In this document: one piece after another, positions 1 through 9,595 of the stretch | Position numbering within the stretch: the stretch's first letter is position 1 | Layout: the number at the start of each line of letters is the position of its first letter | Assembly: GCA_023380585.1 (NCBI GenBank) | Contig: JAMCRN010000009.1 | Location: forward strand, 2,524-66,523 | Direction of reading: 5' to 3' | Length of the DNA: 64,000 bases | Source of the DNA: Candidatus Parvarchaeota archaeon | GTDB taxonomy: Archaea; Nanobdellota; Nanobdellia; Parvarchaeales; Parvarchaeaceae | The notes under the pieces: generated by a model | What the model saw: only the letters and a program-made list of their open reading frames with translations | Database searches by the model: none | Told to the model about the DNA's origin: nothing | Translations under genes and position numbers: made by a program

Positions 1-652
1 ATTCCCATACTGTAGATGGGGCTTCTCCTATAGGATTCCTGCGTTTGTGTCCGGGGGGGTATATATAATTTTTAGGATAAGGCGTCCTAATTCCATCTAA
101 ATTCCATTTATATTTATTTGATTTTGAGAAGACTAGAAGATATTCAGATCTATTTTTTAATTTCCTTCCGAAATGGAATGGAACCCCAGTAAGTTTCTTG
201 TAGACATAAACATCTTTACACCCTATACCTATGCTTTCAAATTGATTCATTATATGAAAAGGTAGTGGGATTACGTTTCCTGTGGGAGTTTTAATTCTTA
301 TAATATCTACATTAACAAAAATTACACCATCGTCTTTTATAACTCTAGCGCATTCCTTCCAAACATTCATTAACTCATTTAAGTATTCATCATAACTTTT
401 TTTAGTTTGTTTTGGTGATGCAGGCAATTGACTAGATTGAGATTTAATAGGCGATGAATAATCTTTTAAATTAAAATAAGGTGGTGATGTTACTATAAGT
501 TGTACTGATTTATTTTTTATCTCATCCATGTTAGAACTATCTTTATAAAAAACGAAATAATCCATACGATTAAATGTAAATTTGCTTATCTCCGTACTAT
601 AATTTGGATTAGCAAGTATTTCTTTCTTTATGGCGTAAATGGATGTTTTCAT
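1..652 (-). CDS. DNA methyltransferase, N4-C/N6-A beta class (3' end outside window)
   Basis: Manual translation, absent from ORF track: MKTSIYAIKK...MDYFVFYKDSSNMDEIKNKSVQLIVTSPPYFNLKDY...ECARVIKDDG...EYLLVFSK. Contains the TSPPY catalytic motif; frame stays open to the window edge; alternative ATG at 565; very AT-rich. Confidence 0.9.
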   Translation of the reverse strand, partial: MKTSIYAIKKEILANPNYSTEISKFTFNRMDYFVFYKDSSNMDEIKNKSVQLIVTSPPYFNLKDYSSPIKSQSSQLPASPKQTKKSYDEYLNELMNVWKECARVIKDDGVIFVNVDIIRIKTPTGNVIPLPFHIMNQFESIGIGCKDVYVYKKLTGVPFHFGRKLKNRSEYLLVFSKSNKYKWNLDGIRTPYPKNYIYPPGHKRRNPIGEAPSTVWE

Positions 653-773
653 ATTTATTCTAGCATCATAATTAGATTTACACTTTTTATATTAAAACGA
701 TTTATTAAATATAAAAACGACTTCTTAATCTCCATACTGTACTATCGCCCTAAATTTAGCTTTTCCATTCCTA

Positions 774-1484
774 CTAAAAGGCTTTCCATAAAATTTTATT
801 CTTATCCTTGACCCTTTCCAATCTAGGCACATAATGCCTCAGTGCATTGAACAGGCTGCCGTCATTCCTCTTCGGCTCGTAGCAGCCTTTATTCAGTAAT
901 TCAACAACTGTGAGAAAATACCTCCCGCTGTACCTCTTCCTCCTGCTGACTATGCCCGCCGTCCACCTGCTTACAGTCCCTTCCGGCACGCCGAGCTGCC
1001 TCGCTATATCCACAACCATCATTCCCTGCCTTGCCATGATCACTGCCGCTCTCCTGACTTTCGGGGGATATTTCACGGGAGGGTTGGGGCTCGGTATGTT
1101 CCACTTGGACAGGGTGCCGATAGGCACGTTGAGCATCTTTGCGGCAGTGCTTTTTGACAGGCCGGACTTTATCATCCTCTCCGCTTCCTTCCTCACTTCA
1201 ACGGGATGGTACTGCCTGTTGCTGTTTATCCCGATAACCCACTTGGATACCGTCGTTATGGGAACGTTGAGCTGCCTGCTTATCTGCGATCTCGACAGTC
1301 CCTGCTCCGCCAGGCTTTTCGCCTTTTCCCTGACCTCTTTGGGATAGCCGGCTCTTTTGCAGTACCCTGTCACCCATGAAGCCGCAGTCCCTCTTTTAAC
1401 GCCGAGTTTTGCGGCTATCTGCATTATCGTCAGACCCTGCTTTGCCATCTCCCTTGCGGTTTCCTTCACGCTTTCCTGGTACAT
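774..1484 (-). CDS. Tandem 4x helix-turn-helix DNA-binding protein
   Basis: Four ~46-aa repeats, consensus YPxxVRxxAxxxxxxGLSxxxIAxxLxVPxxTVSxW; GC higher than flanks. Confidence 0.8.
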   Translation of the reverse strand: MYQESVKETAREMAKQGLTIMQIAAKLGVKRGTAASWVTGYCKRAGYPKEVREKAKSLAEQGLSRSQISRQLNVPITTVSKWVIGINSNRQYHPVEVRKEAERMIKSGLSKSTAAKMLNVPIGTLSKWNIPSPNPPVKYPPKVRRAAVIMARQGMMVVDIARQLGVPEGTVSRWTAGIVSRRKRYSGRYFLTVVELLNKGCYEPKRNDGSLFNALRHYVPRLERVKDKNKILWKAF

Positions 1485-1597
1485 AACAGGTTATGAAAAC
1501 CGATATAAAAAAGACTGCCTGTCATTTGCCAAAACGGCAGTAAAGGAATGCCTGGTTTGAAAGGGAGGAATCTGCGTAAACCTTGACTGCTGTGCTC

Positions 1598-2515
1598 TCA
1601 GAAGGCATCTGTGAGGCAGATTTGCCAAAAATTACATTCGGAAGTACTGCTATGAAAAAGCACCTCGACTACGCCTCCGCCGCCTCCGCCAGTATTCCCA
1701 CTATAATAACTATTCAGACCACCGCCACCATTCCCTCCGTTATTGGCTATCACTCCATTATTCTTGAATGAAAAGGAGAGTATTACCAGAGGAAAAACAC
1801 CGAAACCGCCTGGCGCGTATCCGCAACAATTGGGCACGTTTTCCACAGCACCGCCACTTGCGCTGTCTAACAGGCTAAAATTAAAGGAATAGCTAGGTAG
1901 TTTCTCTAAAGGCGTCCCGCCATTATAACCTTTTGTGTCCACTCCCGCCGCTCCGCCAGTAGCTAAAGTGTAACCTCCTGGCTCCTCCGCATTAGAAATA
2001 AAACCAGCGGCTCCACCACCACTTCCTGCAAAGGACAATCGGAAATTTGTGGCATTTCTTATAAAGTTATTATGCGTGATTATTCCTTTATTGTATATAG
2101 ATGTAAAATTCAAAAAATTCTGACTCCCTAATGAGACTGTCCCATTATTTGTTAGATTCTCTCCAGACACCAATAGGCCGGTGGTCTCGTTTATTGTCCC
2201 ATAATTTAACAAAATATTTGTTTGTATGCGACTGTTGTTTGTCATTAAAAGATCCGCACCTTTCTCTATGTATACACCAGCTGCACAGAGTGAAAACCCA
2301 TTGGTATTTAATGTATCATTTGGTTCTAATACAACCCAACCATTTGTAGTGATATTCTCGAAAAGCAAAGAAAGGCCAGAATCTATAGTTATATTATTAC
2401 TTGTTAAGTTATGGCTGCTGCAGTATGTAATAGTTTCTGCGTGTACTGTAGGTAATACAAAAAATAATATCAGTACAGCTAAAAATAAGATATTAAGATT
2501 TTCCATAAAGTTCAT
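1598..2515 (-). CDS. Secreted Asn/Gly-rich surface protein, probably C-terminally truncated
   Basis: Signal peptide ending VHA; many NxT/S sequons; GSGGG and GGGGGG motifs; aberrant tail after VVEVLFHSS. Confidence 0.6.
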   Translation of the reverse strand: MNFMENLNILFLAVLILFFVLPTVHAETITYCSSHNLTSNNITIDSGLSLLFENITTNGWVVLEPNDTLNTNGFSLCAAGVYIEKGADLLMTNNSRIQTNILLNYGTINETTGLLVSGENLTNNGTVSLGSQNFLNFTSIYNKGIITHNNFIRNATNFRLSFAGSGGGAAGFISNAEEPGGYTLATGGAAGVDTKGYNGGTPLEKLPSYSFNFSLLDSASGGAVENVPNCCGYAPGGFGVFPLVILSFSFKNNGVIANNGGNGGGGLNSYYSGNTGGGGGGVVEVLFHSSTSECNFWQICLTDAF

Positions 2516-2622
2516 ATAATACTAACCTTAACGTAATTGACATAGTAAAATACCGAGGTATGTTTCTTGGGCTTCTGAAAAAAATAAATGTAGAGAGAAG
2601 GTGTGCTTTTAGGGGGAAAGAG

Positions 2623-2988
2623 ACTCCTTTATTTCCACTGGAATACATTTTGTTTTTATCCTGCTTCATGATTTTCATATTATTTTTTATCATACGTAAC
2701 ACCGTGTATTACTATTATTATAAATATTATTTTTATAGGAAGCTAATACTATTTAAATCTTTCGTTTGTGAGACGCTCAAAATCAACAACGATTATTTCT
2801 CCATTGGAAATTTTGATGGGTTGTTTTTAATTCTTTAAGAGAAAGCATGTTTCCTATGGAATAGACCTATATTTCCACTGCAAGCTTATTTTATTATATT
2901 TATATTATTCTATATAGTATATATAATATAGGAGACTTTATTTTAAATTATTTAAACGACTTATTTTTTTCCATAGGAAATATAGGTG
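2623..2988. promoter_or_regulatory. Replication origin (oriC) with ORB/mini-ORB elements and AT-rich unwinding element
   Basis: TTCCAGTGGAAATAAAGGAG on - at 2624-2643 closely matches the archaeal ORB consensus. Related boxes at ~2799-2812, 2849-2863, 2865-2884 (-) and 2969-2988 (+); the last two are inverted around an AT-rich tract. Lies directly upstream of cdc6. Confidence 0.85.
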
Positions 2989-3106
2989 TGTCAGCATTCT
3001 TATATAAAAAAAGTTATATAACTAAAGTATATCAACTTTAGTTATAGTATCTATTTAAATAGAAATTGACTAAATAAAGTATAAAACTTAGTGAATTATT
3101 TTTGAT

Positions 3107-4366
3107 ATGGACATAAATATTTCAGATACACAAAAGTTAGAGAGACTGAAAACTGAAGGTAAAAATAAATCAAACCCAAAAGACATATTCAATGAATTTC
3201 TTTTAAAGAAAAAAATCTTTAAAGATAAGGAAGTGTTATCATCCTCATTCGTTCCTGACACTATACAGCATAGAGATGAAGAAATAGAATTTATTTCTAA
3301 TATATTCGCTCCGAGCCTTTTGTTAGAAAGAGTCTCGAATCTCCTGATATATGGTTTCTCTGGTACAGGAAAATCCTTAGTTACGCGTTACGTGGCAAAA
3401 CAACTTTCTTCTATATCTATGGAAAAGAATGTAAATGTACTCCCAATTTATGTTAATTGCCGCCTAGAAAACAACAACACAGAATACCGTCTAATATCGA
3501 ACTTATGTTCTATTTTTGGAGTAAAAGTACCGACAAGCGGCCTTTCTGTAAATGAATTGTATAAAAAAATGACAAAAGCGATAGATGTAGAAAATAAATC
3601 GATTATACTCATAATAGACGAAATAGAAAAGCTCATCCAAAGCGCAGGAGATAGCGTCCTGTATAGCTTATTAAGGCTAAACGAATCGATGGCGCATGCT
3701 AAAATATCGATAGTTGGAATATCAAATAACACAGATCTTAAATCATTGCTGGACCAGAGGGTGAGAAGCTCGTTGAGTCCGTTGGAATTGGTCTTTAGAC
3801 CTTATAACGCAGTTGAGATAGGGAATATCTTAAAAACAAGAGTACATGATTCCTTTTATGAAGGGACTGTGGATGAAAGTGTTATACAAAAATGCGCTGC
3901 CATGTCTGCGCAAGAGCACGGAGATATACGAAAGGCTTTGAACTTGTTATTAGTCGCAGGGGATATAGCACAAAAATCTAGAAAAAGCAGAATAGAGGAG
4001 GAAGATTTAGACAAAGCGGTTGACGTTCTGGAACAAAATATAACAGAAGCGGTCGTAAAATCAATGACAAAACAGAGCAAATTGGTGCTTTACTCTATAA
4101 TATCTATCTCTAAAGGAAAAAGGATGGGGAGGGTCTACAGCGGAGAAGTATACGATACATATGTTAAATTAGCAGACAGATACGGTATGAAAAGGCTTAC
4201 TTTCAGAAGAGTCTCGGATTTAATCGCTGACATGGACTACAATTCTATAATAATGTCAAAAATAAGAAGTCATGGGAGATACGGCAGAACAAGAGAGCTG
4301 AACCTTGCATTCGCGCCTACTTTGTCCGATAAGATAGAAAACATAATAAAAAATAATTTAGTATAG
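3107..4366 (+). CDS. cdc6: Orc1/Cdc6 replication initiator
   Basis: Walker A GFSGTGKS, Walker B IIDEIE, HGDIRKAL, C-terminal winged helix GRYGRTR. Confidence 0.96.
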   Translation: MDINISDTQKLERLKTEGKNKSNPKDIFNEFLLKKKIFKDKEVLSSSFVPDTIQHRDEEIEFISNIFAPSLLLERVSNLLIYGFSGTGKSLVTRYVAKQLSSISMEKNVNVLPIYVNCRLENNNTEYRLISNLCSIFGVKVPTSGLSVNELYKKMTKAIDVENKSIILIIDEIEKLIQSAGDSVLYSLLRLNESMAHAKISIVGISNNTDLKSLLDQRVRSSLSPLELVFRPYNAVEIGNILKTRVHDSFYEGTVDESVIQKCAAMSAQEHGDIRKALNLLLVAGDIAQKSRKSRIEEEDLDKAVDVLEQNITEAVVKSMTKQSKLVLYSIISISKGKRMGRVYSGEVYDTYVKLADRYGMKRLTFRRVSDLIADMDYNSIIMSKIRSHGRYGRTRELNLAFAPTLSDKIENIIKNNLV

Positions 4367-4414
4367 GTCCGTAGAACTAAATAAAGATAAATATCTACAA
4401 GTTTTACTTCTATA

Positions 4415-7400
4415 ATGAAGCGTTTTCTTTTGGGGAAGAGATCCCAATCAGCATTGGAGTATCTAACAACGTACGCCTGGGAGTTTGCTCTTATAATTTT
4501 AGTGGTTGTTGCGCTGTTTTATACAGGCGTGTTCAATACCTCCGGATTCTTCTCATCCGCACCCGTTTTTTCTGGATTCAGCGGTATTTCGATACAGAAT
4601 GTAGTAGCAAATTCCACTGTAGTTGAACTGTCAATGGTCAATGATGAGAACTTTGGAGTAAACATTACAAATATGGCGCTCGATTACAACGGTCAGAATT
4701 TCACTGTGTTCTCATGCACAGAGTATTCACTATATCCTGGTGAGAACACAATCTGCGCTTTTGTGGGATCTTTCCCCCAAAGACGTATATCTACACACTT
4801 GTACATAGACTACAGTACAAACTCAATAAACACTCTATCAGCAGGGAGTATACTATTCTCTCCATCTAACTCCGCTGTCAAGTTCCCATTCATAAAAACA
4901 GAATTAAACTTCACAATAACAAATCTACAGAGCACAGCGACGTCGGCGCCATTCCAGCAAGAGATAACTTTTGATCCGCAGTTCCTGCAGCAGTACGAAT
5001 CCAGCAACCTCGGCAATATACGATTCTATGAAGGAGCACAAGAGTTATACAGCTGGTGCCAAAGCGGATGCTCCTCCTCTTCAGATAATGTAACATTCTG
5101 GGTAAATTTACCGAACGGTGTAGGCGCAGATTCTTCCCTGAATTTAACAATAGTATTCTTACCTTTGGCAAATTACGATGGTGTCTACGCTGGAGAAGCG
5201 CCACAGCTCTCCCCGATATACGCCGAGTATGATAATGGGGCTGATGTGTTCCCGGAATTGTATAATAATTTCAAAGGGACTACATTGAATGGCTTTAGTG
5301 GCGGGACCTATAAAATCGATAATGGTCTTACTATATATGACAATGGCAATTTAGTTTCTACCTCAGCAATACCAGACGGAAACACTGCTGTAACCATTTT
5401 TGGTCTGTTTGACTCTGGCGGCGCAGTATACTCCGGCTCGGGTAGTACATATGCATTGGGTTATGATTTTTACGACGGCAGCGGAGGAACAGGGCTTAGT
5501 TATGCTTTGAACTCAAATTCCGGTGGCAATGTAAATTGCGAAAATTTCGACACAAATAAATCTTGGGGTGCGTCAGCCGTTCCTATAAATACAACAGGTT
5601 TTTATTCTCTTTATTCGATTTATAAATCAGGTAATTTAACGACAGAATTTTATTTCAACAATATTTTCGACTGCGCAGGGAGTTGGCTTTCTGGTAATCC
5701 TTTTTACAACTCATTCTCTTCAACGAGCGACTTTCAATTTTATACGCAGACAACCTCGAATGCCTATGAATATTGGCAGTATATATTTGCGAGAACATTG
5801 CCCCCCAACGGTGTTATGCCGACTGTCTCCGGGCCGCTAGTCACCAGAGTGCCTATAACTTTTACTAACTACCAAGGCACTTCTACGCCGTCTCCTTTCC
5901 AACAAATGGTAACCGTGAACTCCTCACATTTCTCTAAATATGAAGCTAATAATCTAGATAACGTTTTTTTCTTTTATTCTAATGGGACTATCGTGCCTTC
6001 ATGGCTTGAATCAGGCGATGTAGCTACGTTTAATGGCGAGACCACCTCTTATAATTTAGGCGGAACTTCGTCGTATATACAAGGGTCGTCCCCCTACGTT
6101 TTTCCTTTATCTGGCTTTGCTTGGGTCTATGATAAGAACTATGGTACTAGCAATTTTCAGGTAATATTTGAATTTGATGGTAACACTCAAGGGAGTAGTC
6201 AGTTCGAGCTAGCGCTCAGTACAAGCGGGCAATTGAGATTCTGGAACGGGTCAGAGAACTTTTTATCCTCCTTAACCGTACCATTGGATTCATGGAGCCT
6301 AGTTGGGTTTTCTGTGGATTCCAACAATATAAACCTATACGTAAACGGACAAATAGAGTCTTTCCCCACCTCTAACGCCCCTCAGGATCCAGGAGACGGA
6401 TATTGGATAATAGGATGGCAGAACTGCTGCGGTGATAGAGACTTTAACGGAAGCATATCAAACGTCCAGCTATACTCATCAGCACTGTCCAAAACCCAAG
6501 CTGATCAATTATATTTAAGCGGACCATCGGGGTCTCCTCTACAGAATGGAGAATTGGCGGGTTGGTGGCCTCTTCTTGGTAATGCGAATGACATGAGCGG
6601 GAACAACAATAATGGTGTAGTGAACAACGTTTCGTTTACTTTCACCAGTTCGGCAAGCACAAAAACCACATATTGGTTAAAGATAAGTTCTATTCCTGCA
6701 GACTCAACAAAAACAGTGTATATAGGATTCGCGCCTCCCTATATAAATTCCTTCAACAGACTTACTGGAGAAGCGCCACAGCTCTCCCCGATATACGCTG
6801 AATATGATAATGGAGCAAAACTGTTTAATGACTATTGGAATTTTAATGGAACGTCTATGCCCTCTGCTTTTAGCGTAGTGAACCCGAATAGCAAAAGTAC
6901 AATAAGTGTAGACAATGGATTATATATCGCACCATACCCCAATAATTACGCAGGGATAGAGTATAACAGTGTCTTTAACCCCGATTCTGTAGTAGAATAT
7001 TATGAGGTAAGCTCTTATTCAGTACCAAATTGCTGGGCCGTAGGAGAGGCAGTCGGCTCATTTAACAGCTCTGGCGGCTATCTTTATGTTTATGCGTATC
7101 CGCCTGGCAGCGTGTACGGCCAGCTCGGATGGAGTGCCGGTAATATCGTTTTAAGTGATGGGGTAATATATAACCAAATTTTTAGAAATATTACGCGCAG
7201 CAATGTCATAATAGGAGAGGCTTGGCCGTCGGAAAATTTACAGGTGTATTATGCGGATGGACAGGACAGACAGGTGTCGTCAACAAATGAGCTTCTAATA
7301 AAAAGTGGAATAAGCTTCAGCTTTGGGGGGTATTACTGTACAAACGGGTCCTCTATATATACACGTTGGATCAGGGTAAGAGCATATCCCCCAAACGGCA

Positions 7401-7435
7401 TTATGCCAGCCGCCAGCTTTGGAGGAGTGATATAA
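4415..7435 (+). CDS. Large pilin-like adhesin: class III signal peptide, two DUF2341-like domains, LamG domain
   Basis: KRSQSALEY plus hydrophobic helix; duplicated PFQQ..NL.N..F..SW..GEAPQLSPIYAEYDNGA..PPNG.MP units; LamG signature FNGSISNVQLYSSALS...GWWPL. Confidence 0.85.
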   Translation: MKRFLLGKRSQSALEYLTTYAWEFALIILVVVALFYTGVFNTSGFFSSAPVFSGFSGISIQNVVANSTVVELSMVNDENFGVNITNMALDYNGQNFTVFSCTEYSLYPGENTICAFVGSFPQRRISTHLYIDYSTNSINTLSAGSILFSPSNSAVKFPFIKTELNFTITNLQSTATSAPFQQEITFDPQFLQQYESSNLGNIRFYEGAQELYSWCQSGCSSSSDNVTFWVNLPNGVGADSSLNLTIVFLPLANYDGVYAGEAPQLSPIYAEYDNGADVFPELYNNFKGTTLNGFSGGTYKIDNGLTIYDNGNLVSTSAIPDGNTAVTIFGLFDSGGAVYSGSGSTYALGYDFYDGSGGTGLSYALNSNSGGNVNCENFDTNKSWGASAVPINTTGFYSLYSIYKSGNLTTEFYFNNIFDCAGSWLSGNPFYNSFSSTSDFQFYTQTTSNAYEYWQYIFARTLPPNGVMPTVSGPLVTRVPITFTNYQGTSTPSPFQQMVTVNSSHFSKYEANNLDNVFFFYSNGTIVPSWLESGDVATFNGETTSYNLGGTSSYIQGSSPYVFPLSGFAWVYDKNYGTSNFQVIFEFDGNTQGSSQFELALSTSGQLRFWNGSENFLSSLTVPLDSWSLVGFSVDSNNINLYVNGQIESFPTSNAPQDPGDGYWIIGWQNCCGDRDFNGSISNVQLYSSALSKTQADQLYLSGPSGSPLQNGELAGWWPLLGNANDMSGNNNNGVVNNVSFTFTSSASTKTTYWLKISSIPADSTKTVYIGFAPPYINSFNRLTGEAPQLSPIYAEYDNGAKLFNDYWNFNGTSMPSAFSVVNPNSKSTISVDNGLYIAPYPNNYAGIEYNSVFNPDSVVEYYEVSSYSVPNCWAVGEAVGSFNSSGGYLYVYAYPPGSVYGQLGWSAGNIVLSDGVIYNQIFRNITRSNVIIGEAWPSENLQVYYADGQDRQVSSTNELLIKSGISFSFGGYYCTNGSSIYTRWIRVRAYPPNGIMPAASFGGVI
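5190..5238 (+). repeat. Intragenic 49-bp direct repeat, copy 1
   Basis: ctggagaagcgccacagctctccccgatatacgc...tatgataatgg; 47/49 identical to 6765-6813. Confidence 0.9.
6765..6813 (+). repeat. Intragenic 49-bp direct repeat, copy 2
   Basis: Matches 5190-5238; first 34 nt exact. Confidence 0.9.
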
Positions 7436-7536
7436 ACAATGAAGAGTACTGGCTTTTATACCCAGAAGGCAGTTATTTAGAATACCTATTTTGCCTGCTT
7501 AACATGCATTTATACTAATTTGACAATACTATTTTA

Positions 7537-7872
7537 ATGGAAAAAGAAAAGACCGAGATTTTACCATTTTATCATATAGGGAGAGTCATAAAGTGTTTGA
7601 CGAAGATAAATTCAGACAGCGCTGATAAAAAATACAAAGCTGTAGTGGAGATGTGGGACAACAATATAATAACGTGCGAAACCGGTGGATTAAAAGTAGA
7701 AGACGGCGATTTCGTCGTTGTATTATTCGATGGTGTGGTACAGGGCAACAATGTTATAATGCATCCCTCCAAGATAACAGATAAGATATCAAAGCAGACT
7801 GGAGAAGAGCTCTGGGAAAATTTCAAAAAGTTTTTCGACAAAGCAAAACCTCCGCACCCCATGACAGGGTAA
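7537..7872 (+). CDS. Hypothetical protein (small, beta-rich)
   Basis: 111-aa ORF, TATA-like tract upstream, abuts next gene. Confidence 0.7.
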   Translation: MEKEKTEILPFYHIGRVIKCLTKINSDSADKKYKAVVEMWDNNIITCETGGLKVEDGDFVVVLFDGVVQGNNVIMHPSKITDKISKQTGEELWENFKKFFDKAKPPHPMTG

Positions 7873-7873
7873 T

Positions 7874-9010
7874 ATGAAGGAGTCCAAAGTAATCGAGGAC
7901 TTATTCAGACAGGAAAACAAACACCACCAAGTATACTCCACGCTACTGTTCACAGAGAATAACCGTGCGTTCAAGGCCAGGCTGTCAAAGATCGCAGACA
8001 TAGAGCGCAAGCATTGTGATATATGGGCAGAGATACTGAAAGAATATGGCAAAGAGGTTAAATACAAGAATTATTACCTTCTGCCCTACCTGTTCGTTTT
8101 AATCAGAAGGCTTTTTGGAAGGAGAATTCTGGCTGCCCTCCTTTCTGTATACGAGAAAAACTCCATAGACAAATTCCTTTCAGTGATAAGCTATATCCCC
8201 CGAAAAAGGTTGAAGAAAGTCGTGAACGTGATAAGCGATGAGCTATATAATGAAAGCATATATGGCCCAGAAGTAGACGGTGGCATCTTCTCTCATATCC
8301 GTGAAGTCGTATTCGGCATGAACGACGGCTTAGTGGAAGTATTAGCCGCAGTAGCCGGGATAGTCGGCATATATCATGATAATCTTATAACGGCTCTTGC
8401 AGGTCTGATAATAGGTATCTCAGGCACATTATCTATGGGGGTAGGGGCCTATCTCTCTTCTCGTTCAGCAAAAGACGTTTACACCGCAGAAAACAAGCGT
8501 ATATGGTTAGAATTAGAAGCTGCGAAGAGGCGCGTTCTAGAAAGGTCTAGCCTTTCGTTTGACCATTCAAAAAATATCTTGAGGGATCTCGACTTATTAA
8601 TAAAACGCTTAAGAGCTAAGAGAGACCCTTTCTATACTATCCTCGAAAAAGAGAAGACGAAATATCTCCTAAGAACTCTCGGAGAAAAGAACAGTCTAGA
8701 AGCGAATAAGGCGACAAATCCATTCAAGGACGGGTTATACGTCGGCGTGTTTTATTTGTTAGGGGCAGTAATTCCCCTGGTAAGTTTCTTTGCCGGTGTG
8801 ATACTTCATGATTCGGTCTTTCTGAACTTAATTATATCCGTCATAGCCACCTCACTAGCAATATCACTGGTCGCTACGATAATAGCAGTAGGCACAAGCG
8901 AAAACGTTTTAAAGAGGATATCACAGTCGCTTTTTCTTAGTCTCATGGCAGCCACTGCGACTTTTCTTATAGGCAGCATAGTATCGCATTATATCGGAGC
9001 GTTGTTTTAA
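7874..9010 (+). CDS. VIT1/CCC1 Fe/Mn transporter with N-terminal ferritin/rubrerythrin-like domain
   Basis: IREVVFGMNDGLVE and SMGVGAYLS motifs; N-terminal ExxH (IERKH). Confidence 0.9.
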   Translation: MKESKVIEDLFRQENKHHQVYSTLLFTENNRAFKARLSKIADIERKHCDIWAEILKEYGKEVKYKNYYLLPYLFVLIRRLFGRRILAALLSVYEKNSIDKFLSVISYIPRKRLKKVVNVISDELYNESIYGPEVDGGIFSHIREVVFGMNDGLVEVLAAVAGIVGIYHDNLITALAGLIIGISGTLSMGVGAYLSSRSAKDVYTAENKRIWLELEAAKRRVLERSSLSFDHSKNILRDLDLLIKRLRAKRDPFYTILEKEKTKYLLRTLGEKNSLEANKATNPFKDGLYVGVFYLLGAVIPLVSFFAGVILHDSVFLNLIISVIATSLAISLVATIIAVGTSENVLKRISQSLFLSLMAATATFLIGSIVSHYIGALF

Positions 9011-9089
9011 GGCCAGCGGTCTGCATATTCAAATTACTACTTTTAAGTAATAGAAAAGTATTAATACTAGTTATAATCATTGTACTTGC

Positions 9090-9425
9090 ATGGAAAACAA
9101 AAACGGAAAGAAAAGCAGACTTGAAGGCTTGCTAGGAGGCAAGAGGACTGCCGTGATCGCAGGTTCCTCAGCTGCAGCAGGTGCTGCCGTCGGCATATAC
9201 GCGACTCTCAAAGGAGCCACACAATATGCATATGGTGTACTAAAAGGCATCGGCTCATACCTTTCGACAGGGTACAAGGCTTTCATACACCAGCCACTGG
9301 TAGTAGCAGCCGGTGCGGTAATTGGCGGCTTTGCGACCTATGGTATAGCAGCACTTGTAGGTGGTCTTCTAGGCTACAAGGTAGCTAAGCGGCACAAGGC
9401 AAAAGCTAAGCCGGTAAGCGGGTAG
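9090..9425 (+). CDS. Small Gly/Ala-zipper membrane protein
   Basis: GxxxG/AxxxA-rich hydrophobic segments, basic termini. Confidence 0.7.
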   Translation: MENKNGKKSRLEGLLGGKRTAVIAGSSAAAGAAVGIYATLKGATQYAYGVLKGIGSYLSTGYKAFIHQPLVVAAGAVIGGFATYGIAALVGGLLGYKVAKRHKAKAKPVSG

Positions 9426-9595
9426 GCGTTCCGCAATTAAGCGGGCGTCCCCGCAGCTACGGCGAGCTAGACTGCCTTTTACTAGAACCTTTATTTTCTG
9501 TTTTGTGTTATTTTTGGTTCAACTATTTCTAAGAAGATGATATAAGAAGGTGCCCACCTAAGCGTATAAATACACTGGCATTTAACCATCAGTAA

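Noticed and set aside
2493-2838. ORFs 2493-2702 (-) and 2560-2838 (+)
   Set aside because: Low-complexity translations over the AT-rich origin region; considered spurious.
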